A DNA stretch of 64,000 bases from the NCBI GenBank assembly GCA_018060945.1, contig JAGOVB010000002.1, positions 975 to 64,974 on the forward strand, written 5' to 3'. This document shows, one piece after another, positions 52,337 to 61,123 of the stretch (position 1 is the first letter of the stretch; each line of letters opens with the position of its first letter). This DNA comes from Minisyncoccota bacterium (GTDB lineage: Bacteria; Patescibacteriota; Minisyncoccia; Phycocordibacterales; PALSA-1337). The translations under genes and the position numbers were made by a program. Under the pieces are notes generated by a model that searched no databases, had not been told where the DNA came from, and was given only the letters and a program-made list of their open reading frames with translations.

Positions 52337-53095
52337 ATGCTTATTAGCCCCGCAGAAATCCCCGAACGACTCAAACAAGCCTGCCGCGGTCGCCGCATCT
52401 GCTGCGTAAACGGTCCTCCGGTCTCTGGAAAGAGTACTCGAGCCAAAGCAGCTGCTGCAGCGATGAACATGGATGGTCTCTACCCGACCTTCCTCGACAC
52501 CAGCGACATCATTCGTTTCGAACGGGATAACGGTACTGAACTTGGAAAGATCTTTGACGCACATGCGGCAGATCAGTCCAAAGGCGGCCTCCAACCCGAT
52601 CTCATGGTCATGCTTGCACTTTGCTTTGCCATGGAACGAATCCAACGCGGAATCGGCGCCTTCCTTGTCGGGACCCCCAGAACTCTCCAGCAAGCCCTCT
52701 GGATGATCCAGTCCGGTGTCGATATTCGATACGTTCATCTCCTGGCGAGCAAAGCCCAAATCCAGGCAAATGTGCTCCGCCGCCTGGACGAAAACAGAAG
52801 CGACGATCACCATCTCGGCCGACGTGTTCGGATCTACGAGACCGATACGGTGGCTGGTGCTCGTGCAATCAAAAAGCACCGCCCCCGCCATTACCACGAG
52901 CTCGGAACGGACGAGAAAAACATCCGCCGTGCTACCATCCTGCTCGTCGAAGCAATGATTGGCCGTGACCACCCCAAGTGGCCTGCCATCATGAGAAACA
53001 TCGACAACAAGCAACACGAGGCGGGCAAGACTATCTGGAAGATCTTCCGCCCCCGCCAAGAGCCCCATCAGATTGCCGAGCTCATGGCAGCCTGA
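52337..53095 (+). CDS. GC-rich adenylate-kinase-family-like P-loop protein (divergent)
   Basis: It has GPPVSGKST, DTSDIIR, TELGK, LVGTPRTLQQA and RVRIYETDT, colinear with the Adk motifs. An extra ~70-aa C-terminal tail is present. Confidence 0.5.
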   Translation: MLISPAEIPERLKQACRGRRICCVNGPPVSGKSTRAKAAAAAMNMDGLYPTFLDTSDIIRFERDNGTELGKIFDAHAADQSKGGLQPDLMVMLALCFAMERIQRGIGAFLVGTPRTLQQALWMIQSGVDIRYVHLLASKAQIQANVLRRLDENRSDDHHLGRRVRIYETDTVAGARAIKKHRPRHYHELGTDEKNIRRATILLVEAMIGRDHPKWPAIMRNIDNKQHEAGKTIWKIFRPRQEPHQIAELMAA

Positions 53096-53121
53096 CTCAC
53101 GCTGACGAGCGCAAACGTATT

Positions 53122-53157
53122 ACCCTATTAGGCTTCGCGCTGATAGGGTTTTTCTTT
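53122..53157 (+). terminator. Intrinsic terminator
   Basis: Stem ACCCTATTAG/CTGATAGGGT followed by TTTTTCTTT. Confidence 0.6.
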
Positions 53158-53216
53158 GTATATAGATTGACATTTTCCCTCAAATTTGATTAAATATATC
53201 GACATTTTTACATTTT

Positions 53217-55004
53217 ATGGAAATACGAAACATTGCGATTATCGCACACGTGGACCACGGCAAAACAACCCTTACTGACGCGATCATGACCCAATGTGGT
53301 CACGGTGACGACGGAACAATGGACTCGAACGCTCTCGAACAGGAGCGAGGTATTACTATTTACGCAAAAAACACCTCTGTTCAGTACAAAGGCACAAAGA
53401 TCAACATCGTCGACACACCAGGACACGCCGACTTCGGTTCTGAAGTAGAACGTGTACTCCGATCGATCGACACGGTGCTCCTCGTCGTGGATGCTCAGGA
53501 AGGTCCTATGCCACAGACACGTTTCGTACTAAAGAAATCTCTCGAACTCGGTCTAAAGCCTATCGTCATCATAAACAAGATCGACAAGCCAGCGGCAAAT
53601 CCAGCAGCAGCACACGAGATGGTACTCGAACTCTTCCTCGAACTCGGTGCAAATGATTCTCAGATCGACTTCCCTACTGTCTACGCTATCGGTCGTCAGG
53701 GTATTGCAAAGATGAATCTTACTGATGATTCAAAAGACCTTACTCCTCTCCTTGATTGTATTTTGTCACATGTAAAGCCAGCAAACACTCCAGAACAGGC
53801 AAACCTCCCACTAAAGGCGCAGGCATTCAACCTCGGGTACGACAACTTCCTCGGACGACTCGCAGCATGCCGTATTTACGACGGAGTGATAAAGGATGGT
53901 CAGTCTCTATACCTTAAAACTATCGATGGAAAAACTGTTTCAGGAAAAATCACCAAACTATTTACATACGAAGGAAAGAAAAGAGTTGAAACAAAAGAAG
54001 CAGCAGCAGGCGACATCGTGATGGTGGCTGGATTCCCAGAAATCTTTATCGGAGAGACTATCGTCGACAAGACAGAGACCGAAGCACTTGCAGCGATCAA
54101 GATCGACGAACCGACGATCTCCCTCGGTTTCCTCGTAAACAACTCTCCTTTTGCAGGACGTGAAGGAAAATTCGTGACCGGTCGTCAGATCCGTGAACGC
54201 CTCGAAAAAGAACTCGAGATCAACGTCGGTCTCAAGGTAGATTTTTCTAATGCTGATTTCTACAAAGTCTATGGCCGTGGAGAACTCCACATCGCAGTGC
54301 TCCTCGAAAACATGCGACGTGAAGGATACGAACTACAGGTATCACAGCCTCAGGTAATCATAAAAGACGTTGATGGAGTAAAGTCAGAGCCGTTCGAAGA
54401 ACTCACCATCGACATCCCAGAAGAATTCTCTGGAGCCATCATCGAAAAGCTCGGAAAACGAAAAGCGATCATGACCGATATGAAGACAAAAGAAGGTCAG
54501 GTTCGTATGCTGTTTGAAATCCCTACTCGAGGACTCCTCGGATACCGTGGTGCATTCGTGATCGATACAAAGGGAGAAGGAATCCTCGCTTCACGATTTA
54601 TCGACTTTAAACCATACGCTGGAGCTATTGAAAAACACCAGACTGGATCTATGGCATCTATGGTCGCTGGTAAAGCCCTCGCATTTGCCCTCTGGAACCT
54701 CCAGGACCGTGGTCGCCTCTATATCGAGCCAGGAACTGATGTATATGCTGGAATGGTCGTAGGAGACACCTCAAAGGGTGAAGACATGGATGTAAACCCA
54801 TGTAAAGGAAAGCAGCTCACCAACATGCGATCATCTGGAAACGACGAGCACATCATGCTCATCCCTGCATGGAAAATGGATATTGAAAAAGGTCTCGAAA
54901 CTATGCGAGAAGATGAATACCTCGAAGTGACTCCGATAAACGTACGACTTCGAAAAAAACTTTTGACTGAGACTGAGCGAGCAAAGGCGAATAGAAAGGG
55001 ATAA
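53217..55004 (+). CDS. typA: Translational GTPase TypA/BipA
   Basis: 595 aa with [25 protein letters not shown] and NKID, and the full BipA length. Confidence 0.93.
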   Translation: MEIRNIAIIAHVDHGKTTLTDAIMTQCGHGDDGTMDSNALEQERGITIYAKNTSVQYKGTKINIVDTPGHADFGSEVERVLRSIDTVLLVVDAQEGPMPQTRFVLKKSLELGLKPIVIINKIDKPAANPAAAHEMVLELFLELGANDSQIDFPTVYAIGRQGIAKMNLTDDSKDLTPLLDCILSHVKPANTPEQANLPLKAQAFNLGYDNFLGRLAACRIYDGVIKDGQSLYLKTIDGKTVSGKITKLFTYEGKKRVETKEAAAGDIVMVAGFPEIFIGETIVDKTETEALAAIKIDEPTISLGFLVNNSPFAGREGKFVTGRQIRERLEKELEINVGLKVDFSNADFYKVYGRGELHIAVLLENMRREGYELQVSQPQVIIKDVDGVKSEPFEELTIDIPEEFSGAIIEKLGKRKAIMTDMKTKEGQVRMLFEIPTRGLLGYRGAFVIDTKGEGILASRFIDFKPYAGAIEKHQTGSMASMVAGKALAFALWNLQDRGRLYIEPGTDVYAGMVVGDTSKGEDMDVNPCKGKQLTNMRSSGNDEHIMLIPAWKMDIEKGLETMREDEYLEVTPINVRLRKKLLTETERAKANRKG

Positions 55005-55010
55005 TATTTG

Positions 55011-55040
55011 AAAAAGGCTCCACTCGGAGTCTTTTTCTTT
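55011..55040 (+). terminator. Intrinsic terminator
   Basis: AGGCTCC-ACTC-GGAGTCT followed by TTTTCTTT. Confidence 0.6.
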
Positions 55041-55097
55041 ACAACGAAAAACCACCCCGCCGGCCGAACCGTGGGGTGGGTGATTGAGTGTGAGAGG

Positions 55098-55643
55098 TCA
55101 CTCGTACTTTCTCTTCTCAGGCAAAAGCGACTTGCGCTCGCCCTTCCAAAAACCGAGCTGTCGTGCGAGCCACTCCGAGTGATTGAAGACAGCGGAAGTC
55201 GGAGTTTCTTTGTCAGAAAGCTTCCATATTACAGCGACTCCCTGTCGCTTTAACTCGGTCTCCACATTCTCCCGGACCTGATCCATGCAACCTGAGCTTT
55301 GAGCGGCCCTTGCTGTGGTGTGTACGACCCGCATGATGTGTCCCCACGCTATTACATTCGGAGCGATTCGGTAGAGAAAGACGAATGAAATCACGAAGGT
55401 GAGGCAGGAACAGAAGCCACTGAATGTTTCTTTGGTGGTAAACATGACAATTCCGCTGGTCGCAAACAATGTGTAGTAAAGGACCGGTGCGACCAGACTT
55501 GCGAACATCTCCCTCTTCATTTTGTTGAGGTAAAGACTGTTCCATTCTCCCCCACGAGGTCCGTCGATGGAGACCTTGAGCAAGGGAATGATCGCATAGA
55601 CCGCCATGTAGCAACGAGTGATGAAGTTTAGAATCGGCTTCAT
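55098..55643 (-). CDS. GC-rich hypothetical membrane protein
   Basis: 181 aa with 3-4 hydrophobic helices and a charged C-terminal tail. Confidence 0.4.
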   Translation of the reverse strand: MKPILNFITRCYMAVYAIIPLLKVSIDGPRGGEWNSLYLNKMKREMFASLVAPVLYYTLFATSGIVMFTTKETFSGFCSCLTFVISFVFLYRIAPNVIAWGHIMRVVHTTARAAQSSGCMDQVRENVETELKRQGVAVIWKLSDKETPTSAVFNHSEWLARQLGFWKGERKSLLPEKRKYE

Positions 55644-55797
55644 TTTTCAAACAACTTTAAGTGCACTTACTTCTACTTTTGCCCCGTACATCGGGGGTTC
55701 TCAAGACGTACATCGCCACAGAGAATCCTTCAAAATATAGACAATTGCCGCACCAGCAATCTGCCTATATTATATCACTTTTATAGATTAAAGTCAA

Positions 55798-56769
55798 CTA
55801 CCCCCACCGTGTCTTTATATACTCCTCCGCTTCACTCATGGTATACGGCTGTGTCGAGTTCCCTGCCCGCACGAAAAACTCTTCTCTATTTTCATTAATG
55901 AGATACGCCGGTTTGTGACTCGGCTCGACATCGACAATACAGACATCATTCCCCGACATCTTTTCAAACCGCACACTGATATACCCACGAAACTTCATTC
56001 CGATCATCGTCTTTATCAAAAGCGTCAAATGGTTTTCAAATCCATCCTGATTTTTCTTTGGCAACGTATTGTAGTCATCCTCGAGTCCTACCGCCTTCCC
56101 TGTGTCAGTGACTCCGATGAGGAGTGTTCCTCCATCATTGTTCAAAAAACCCACGATTGTTTTTGCGACTGCTCGCTCGAGATCCTTATGAGTTTGCTTG
56201 TTGCGTGCATCCCAACGTAAGGTTTGTTTAAATTCGATAAACTTACCCTCTCCTTGTTTTATTATTTCAGCGAGTGAGTGGCTCGTATTTCTTTTGCCTC
56301 CATTTTCCATAGCTTGCTTAATCACCGCTACACACTCTTCGTAATCAGCTACGTTTTGGATCTGCGTAATACGGCCATTGTTGTGCTCGAGGAGAATCGT
56401 CGCATGACGCATCAGGCGATTGATCGGTGAATGTGAAGTCTCGACAGAAGCGACTTGTGAAAGTGGCACTGATTTTTGACGTGGAAAGAGAAAACCAGTA
56501 CGTCGAACTAGTTCTTTGTCTCGGATTTCATAGTACTTGAAATACCACTGCAAAAAGAGAAAGATGATGTATATCAGCTGAAATGTAGAAAAGCCAAAAA
56601 TCAGAAAGAGATCATAACGGAGGAGCTTTATGAGTCCCAACGCTTTGTATAGTTGCTCATAGTTTTCGAGGAATGAAAGACCGAAAAGAACTGCGGTTGC
56701 TACAAGCTCCATAGCAAATACATTTCGTACGAATACAAATGGTCCTTCTTTTATGACAATACGTCTCAT
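55798..56769 (-). CDS. Membrane bPH (YdbS/YdbT-like) domain fused to an AlbA_2/Schlafen-type domain
   Basis: The N-terminus has 2 TM helices and YEIRDKELVRRTGFLFPRQKSVPLSQV. The C-terminus has EGKFIEFKQTL...IVGFLNNDGGTLLIGVTDTGKAVGL. Confidence 0.6.
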   Translation of the reverse strand: MRRIVIKEGPFVFVRNVFAMELVATAVLFGLSFLENYEQLYKALGLIKLLRYDLFLIFGFSTFQLIYIIFLFLQWYFKYYEIRDKELVRRTGFLFPRQKSVPLSQVASVETSHSPINRLMRHATILLEHNNGRITQIQNVADYEECVAVIKQAMENGGKRNTSHSLAEIIKQGEGKFIEFKQTLRWDARNKQTHKDLERAVAKTIVGFLNNDGGTLLIGVTDTGKAVGLEDDYNTLPKKNQDGFENHLTLLIKTMIGMKFRGYISVRFEKMSGNDVCIVDVEPSHKPAYLINENREEFFVRAGNSTQPYTMSEAEEYIKTRWG

Positions 56770-57407
56770 GCTCTTATACTAGTTCTTTTTATCGAATATG
56801 CCAAGCTTTGATTTCTGTGGGCAATAGATCTCACATAGGTGCCGCTACTCGCAAATATCCAGGCCTTGATGAGTCTATATTCGGTCTTTTTTGTTTGGCT
56901 AAAATATGTCTCCCATGCAGCCAAAATCTCTTTTTGTCGAAACTCCCCTTTTACAAGAGCAATTCTGGTTTTGATTTGGTTATGTAGTTCCTCTTTTGAC
57001 ATAGTTCTTTTTTCTAGAATTTTGTGATCATATATTTCTACCTCTTTTGTTTCCTTTTTTCCACCTGAAAATGTCTTTGATGAAAAAGGTGGATAGGGCT
57101 GGGTGAATTTTCCTTTTTCTATACCAAAATCAGTAACTTCACTTTCTTTTTGAAAGATGCCGAGCAAATCGTAAGTATCAGTTTCTATACCCAAAAGAAA
57201 CTCGACTTCGTACTCTTTTTTCATTGGCAAGAAACGATCCTTTCCTTTACACTCTTCACCCACAAGGATGACGAGATCGCCTTCTGCCATGGGGTCGAGG
57301 CGCCCCGCATAGGTCATTGGTACATCAGGGTTAATACCCGCCTCCAGACGGTATCGCTCGAGGCACTGTAGTGGTGTTTCGCCTAGGTTTTTGTAAACTG
57401 TGATCAT
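56766..57407 (-). CDS. truB: tRNA pseudouridine synthase, TruB-like (short)
   Basis: 213 aa with AGRLDPMAEGDLVILVGE, PPFSS and SSGTYVRSI. Confidence 0.7.
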   Translation of the reverse strand: MITVYKNLGETPLQCLERYRLEAGINPDVPMTYAGRLDPMAEGDLVILVGEECKGKDRFLPMKKEYEVEFLLGIETDTYDLLGIFQKESEVTDFGIEKGKFTQPYPPFSSKTFSGGKKETKEVEIYDHKILEKRTMSKEELHNQIKTRIALVKGEFRQKEILAAWETYFSQTKKTEYRLIKAWIFASSGTYVRSIAHRNQSLAYSIKRTSIRA

Positions 57408-57425
57408 ATTTGATACTATACATGT

Positions 57426-58589
57426 ATGAGTGAAAATAAGAAACTAGGCACTGAACCTTACAAAGGTGTCCGCGACTTTTACCCAGAGGATATGGCTATC
57501 CAAAACCATATTTTCTCTACCTGGAAAAAAGTAGCCGAAAAGTACGGGTACCAAGAGTACACTGCGTCTATCCTCGAACCAGCTGAGCTTTATCGTGCGA
57601 AAAGCGGTGAGGAAATTGTAAACGAGCAGACATATACCTTTATAGATCGAGGCGACCGTGAAGTCACTATCCGTCCAGAGATGACACCGACCGTAGCTCG
57701 CATGGTCGCAGCTCGAAAGCGTGAGCTTCCATATCCCCTCCGCTGGTTCTCTATCCCCAACCTATTCCGCTACGAAAAACCACAACGAGGACGTCTACGT
57801 GAACACTGGCAGCTCAATGTGGATATGTTTGGTGTAGAAAGCAGCCAATCAGAGATAGAGGTCATCGCTCTCGCAGCTGATATCCTCCACGAATTTGGAA
57901 TGAAAAACAATGATTTTGAAATCATTGTAAACGACCGTGCTTTGATGAAAGATATTCCTTACGCACTCTGCAAACTGATCGACAAGAAAGACAAAATGGA
58001 TCGAGAGACTTTTGAAAAACTCGCAAAAGAAATCACTGATATAGATGTTTTGGAATTGCTCGCAGATATAAATCCCTCACAGCGTGTAAAAGAAGTGATC
58101 GATGGTCTCGACAAACTAGGCGTGACAAATGTGCGTTTCGATAGCTCACTCATGCGTGGCTTTGACTATTACACCGGTGTAGTCTTTGAAGTATTTGATC
58201 GGCACCCAAACAATCGCCGCTCTCTTTTTGGTGGTGGACGATACGATGAACTACTTGCCCTATTTGGTAACGATCGCGTGCCTGCATTCGGTTTCGGTAT
58301 GGGAGATGTGACGATGAGGGACACTCTCGAGACATATGACTTACTCCCCAAAAAGCCACATGGTGCGGATATATACATCGCAGTACTCGAAGAAAAAGCA
58401 TTTGGCTATGCCCAAGATGTTGCTCAAAAGCTCCGTGAAGATGGAAAAAAAGTAGCGCTCGACTACTCACTCAAGAAAGTCGGTGACCAGATCAAAACTG
58501 CACTCAAACAAAATATCCCAAAACTCATTGTGATCGGAGAAGAGGAAATGAACAAAGGAGCCTACGAGATCAGAGACATCCATGCGTAA
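57426..58589 (+). CDS. hisS: Histidine--tRNA ligase
   Basis: 387 aa with RPEMTPTVARMV, FRYEKPQRGRLREHWQLNVD and GGGRYD. Confidence 0.92.
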   Translation: MSENKKLGTEPYKGVRDFYPEDMAIQNHIFSTWKKVAEKYGYQEYTASILEPAELYRAKSGEEIVNEQTYTFIDRGDREVTIRPEMTPTVARMVAARKRELPYPLRWFSIPNLFRYEKPQRGRLREHWQLNVDMFGVESSQSEIEVIALAADILHEFGMKNNDFEIIVNDRALMKDIPYALCKLIDKKDKMDRETFEKLAKEITDIDVLELLADINPSQRVKEVIDGLDKLGVTNVRFDSSLMRGFDYYTGVVFEVFDRHPNNRRSLFGGGRYDELLALFGNDRVPAFGFGMGDVTMRDTLETYDLLPKKPHGADIYIAVLEEKAFGYAQDVAQKLREDGKKVALDYSLKKVGDQIKTALKQNIPKLIVIGEEEMNKGAYEIRDIHA

Positions 58590-59157
58590 AATCATATTTG
58601 ACGTCGAAACTCAAAACACCTTTGCAGAGGCGGGTTCAAATGACCCGGTTGATTTGGAAATATCTGTAGTCTGTGTCTATGACTCTGAGACAGATAGCTA
58701 TTCGAGCTACCTCCAAAAAGATTTTCCAAAGCTATGGCCTCTATTTGAAAAGGCAGATATGCTCATCACCTTTAACGGTGATCATTTTGACATCCCTCTA
58801 CTCAACAAGTATTACGCAGGAGACCTCACAAAGATCAAAAGTCTCGATCTACTAGCAGAAGTAAAAAAGTCCCTCGGGCGACGGATCAAGCTCGATAGTA
58901 TTGCAGAGGCAACTCTTGGTAAAAACAAGATCGCACATGGCCTTGAAGCAATCACTTGGTGGAAGAATGGTGAGATCGACAAGATCATCAAGTACTGTTT
59001 GGAAGATGTAAAAATCACCAAAGAAGTCTACGAGTATGCGATGAAAAACAAAAGCCTAAAATATCCAGACCTCGGGACAATCCGCGATATCAAACTCGAT
59101 ACAAAAGATTGGGAAAAGATGGATGATAATGTGCTCACCCTATCGATGCCTTTTTAG
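58582..59157 (+). CDS. RNase H-like-fold 3'-5' exonuclease domain protein
   Basis: 191 aa with IIFDVETQ, TFNGDHFDIPLL and YCLEDVKITKEVY. Confidence 0.6.
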   Translation: MRKIIFDVETQNTFAEAGSNDPVDLEISVVCVYDSETDSYSSYLQKDFPKLWPLFEKADMLITFNGDHFDIPLLNKYYAGDLTKIKSLDLLAEVKKSLGRRIKLDSIAEATLGKNKIAHGLEAITWWKNGEIDKIIKYCLEDVKITKEVYEYAMKNKSLKYPDLGTIRDIKLDTKDWEKMDDNVLTLSMPF

Positions 59158-59882
59158 GTAAACCAATACACAATAAAACACGCAAGGAGGATGCGGTACC
59201 ATGCAAACGTACGTAGTGAATGATGCTTCAAGAATTTTATAAGGAAATGGATAGCCGCTAGCCCAACAATAAATGCAGTCAGAAATGCCAATCCAAAACT
59301 CAAATCAAATGTTTGAATATCAAACGCTTTTTTTAGACCAGAACCAAAAATAATCGGAAATGAAAGTAAAAAAGAAAACCGTGTCGCAGTCTCTCGATCG
59401 AGCCCAGTAAACAAACCTCCAGATATCGTCATACCAGAGCGTGACATACCAGGGATCAAAGCGAGACACTGGAATAATCCGATAATAAAACCATTTTTGA
59501 GACCTAGTCGCTTGTCCTTTTTCGCAAAATACTCTGAGAGGAGCATTATAAAGCTACCGACAACGAGCATGATTGCAACGAGGAGTACATTACGGAACAC
59601 AGTCTCCATATAGTTCTCAAGCAAAAGACCAAGTACAACAGCTGGTATGGTCGCGATGATAACTATCTTTAGCTTTCTCCAATCATACAAAAGTGCCCAC
59701 AAATCTTTCCAAAAATAAACCCCAACAGCGAGAATGGTGGCGAGCTGTAACACTGCATCAAATGCAAGATCATTTCCATGTACTACCAAAAATTCTCGTA
59801 CGAGGATGAGGTGCCCACTCGAAGAAACTGGGATAAACTCAGTAAGACCCTGCACTACACCTAAAATAATATTTGAAATCAA
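59154..59882 (-). CDS. uppP: Undecaprenyl-diphosphate phosphatase
   Basis: 242 aa with GVVQGLTEFIPVSSSGHL and PGMSRSG. Confidence 0.9.
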   Translation of the reverse strand: MISNIILGVVQGLTEFIPVSSSGHLILVREFLVVHGNDLAFDAVLQLATILAVGVYFWKDLWALLYDWRKLKIVIIATIPAVVLGLLLENYMETVFRNVLLVAIMLVVGSFIMLLSEYFAKKDKRLGLKNGFIIGLFQCLALIPGMSRSGMTISGGLFTGLDRETATRFSFLLSFPIIFGSGLKKAFDIQTFDLSFGLAFLTAFIVGLAAIHFLIKFLKHHSLRTFAWYRILLACFIVYWFT

Positions 59883-60301
59883 AGATTTTTAATATATTCC
59901 AATAATTCCTGTGGATGCCGAGCTGGATCTACCTTTTCGAAGGTCTTTACGATATTACCCTTTTCATCTATGAGCACCGTATTGCGACTAATTTTTCCTG
60001 ACCAGGCACCGTATTCCTCAGCCACCTTATGATCGGTATCAGCAAGCAGTGGAAAGGTCAGCCCCTCTTTTTGGCAAAACTTTTTATGAGAAGCGACGTT
60101 GTCTGGACTGATCCCAAAGATATGGACATCGAGCGCTACAAACTCCAGCCAAAGATCACGAAACCCTTGGGCCTCAAGAGTACAGCCACTCGTCATATCT
60201 TTAGGATAAAAATAGAGAATTACTTTATGTCCTTTGTAATCTGACAAAGCATGCGGATTACTTTCCTCGTCGTATAGACTGAAATTTGGTGCTTTTTTCA
60301 T
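59879..60301 (-). CDS. bcp: Thiol peroxidase Bcp (peroxiredoxin)
   Basis: 140 aa with FYPKDMTSGCTLEA. Confidence 0.88.
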   Translation of the reverse strand: MKKAPNFSLYDEESNPHALSDYKGHKVILYFYPKDMTSGCTLEAQGFRDLWLEFVALDVHIFGISPDNVASHKKFCQKEGLTFPLLADTDHKVAEEYGAWSGKISRNTVLIDEKGNIVKTFEKVDPARHPQELLEYIKNL

Positions 60302-60322
60302 TGTGATATAATATTACCATAT

Positions 60323-61123
60323 ATGAATGAATACGAACAAAAACCAGCAAATCTCCTTACCATTCCAGTTGCAATTGTAGTCGCAGGGGCCCTCATTGCT
60401 GTATCCGTGATATATACAAGTGCGCCGAGAACAGCCCCAACATCAAAAACAAATTCTGCTAGTGCAAATATTATTTCTGCCCTCCCCATCGAAGAAAAAG
60501 ATCATATCCTAGGAAATCCTAGCGCACCTATCGTAATCATTGAATACTCAGACACCGAATGTCCATTCTGTAAAAACTTCCATTCGACTATGCACCGCAT
60601 CATCGACAAGTATGGGAAAGACGGAAAAGTGGCATGGGTCTATCGGCACCTCCCTATATCGAACCTCCATCCAAAAGCATGGAACGAATCTATAGCAACC
60701 GAGTGTGCCGCTATCGCCGGTAATGGCAGTGCATCATTTTGGAAATATATCGACAAAGTATACGAGGTCACTCCTTCAAACAACAAACTAGAAGCAAGCA
60801 AGCTTATCGATATAGCAAGAACACAAGGTCTAGATATGGCTCGATTCCAGTCGTGTTTAGATAAAAAAGAAACAAATGATAGAGTGACTCGGGATTATGA
60901 TGACGGAGTAGCTCTCAACCAAGGCCGTCCGGGTACTCCGACGAATGTATTCGTACTAGACTCAGCACTATCATCTGACAAGCGTCTCGCTTTGAGCAAA
61001 ATAGTTGCAAACGAAGGTCTCGAAGCATACATCACAATATCTGATGACGGCAAAAGCATCCTCGTCAAAGGAGCTTTCCCATATGAGATCATGGCCCTTA
61101 TGATCGACCTATTGTTGCAGTAG
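60323..61123 (+). CDS. DsbA-family thiol:disulfide oxidoreductase, membrane-anchored
   Basis: 266 aa with an N-terminal TM helix and the CPFC active site. Confidence 0.8.
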   Translation: MNEYEQKPANLLTIPVAIVVAGALIAVSVIYTSAPRTAPTSKTNSASANIISALPIEEKDHILGNPSAPIVIIEYSDTECPFCKNFHSTMHRIIDKYGKDGKVAWVYRHLPISNLHPKAWNESIATECAAIAGNGSASFWKYIDKVYEVTPSNNKLEASKLIDIARTQGLDMARFQSCLDKKETNDRVTRDYDDGVALNQGRPGTPTNVFVLDSALSSDKRLALSKIVANEGLEAYITISDDGKSILVKGAFPYEIMALMIDLLLQ

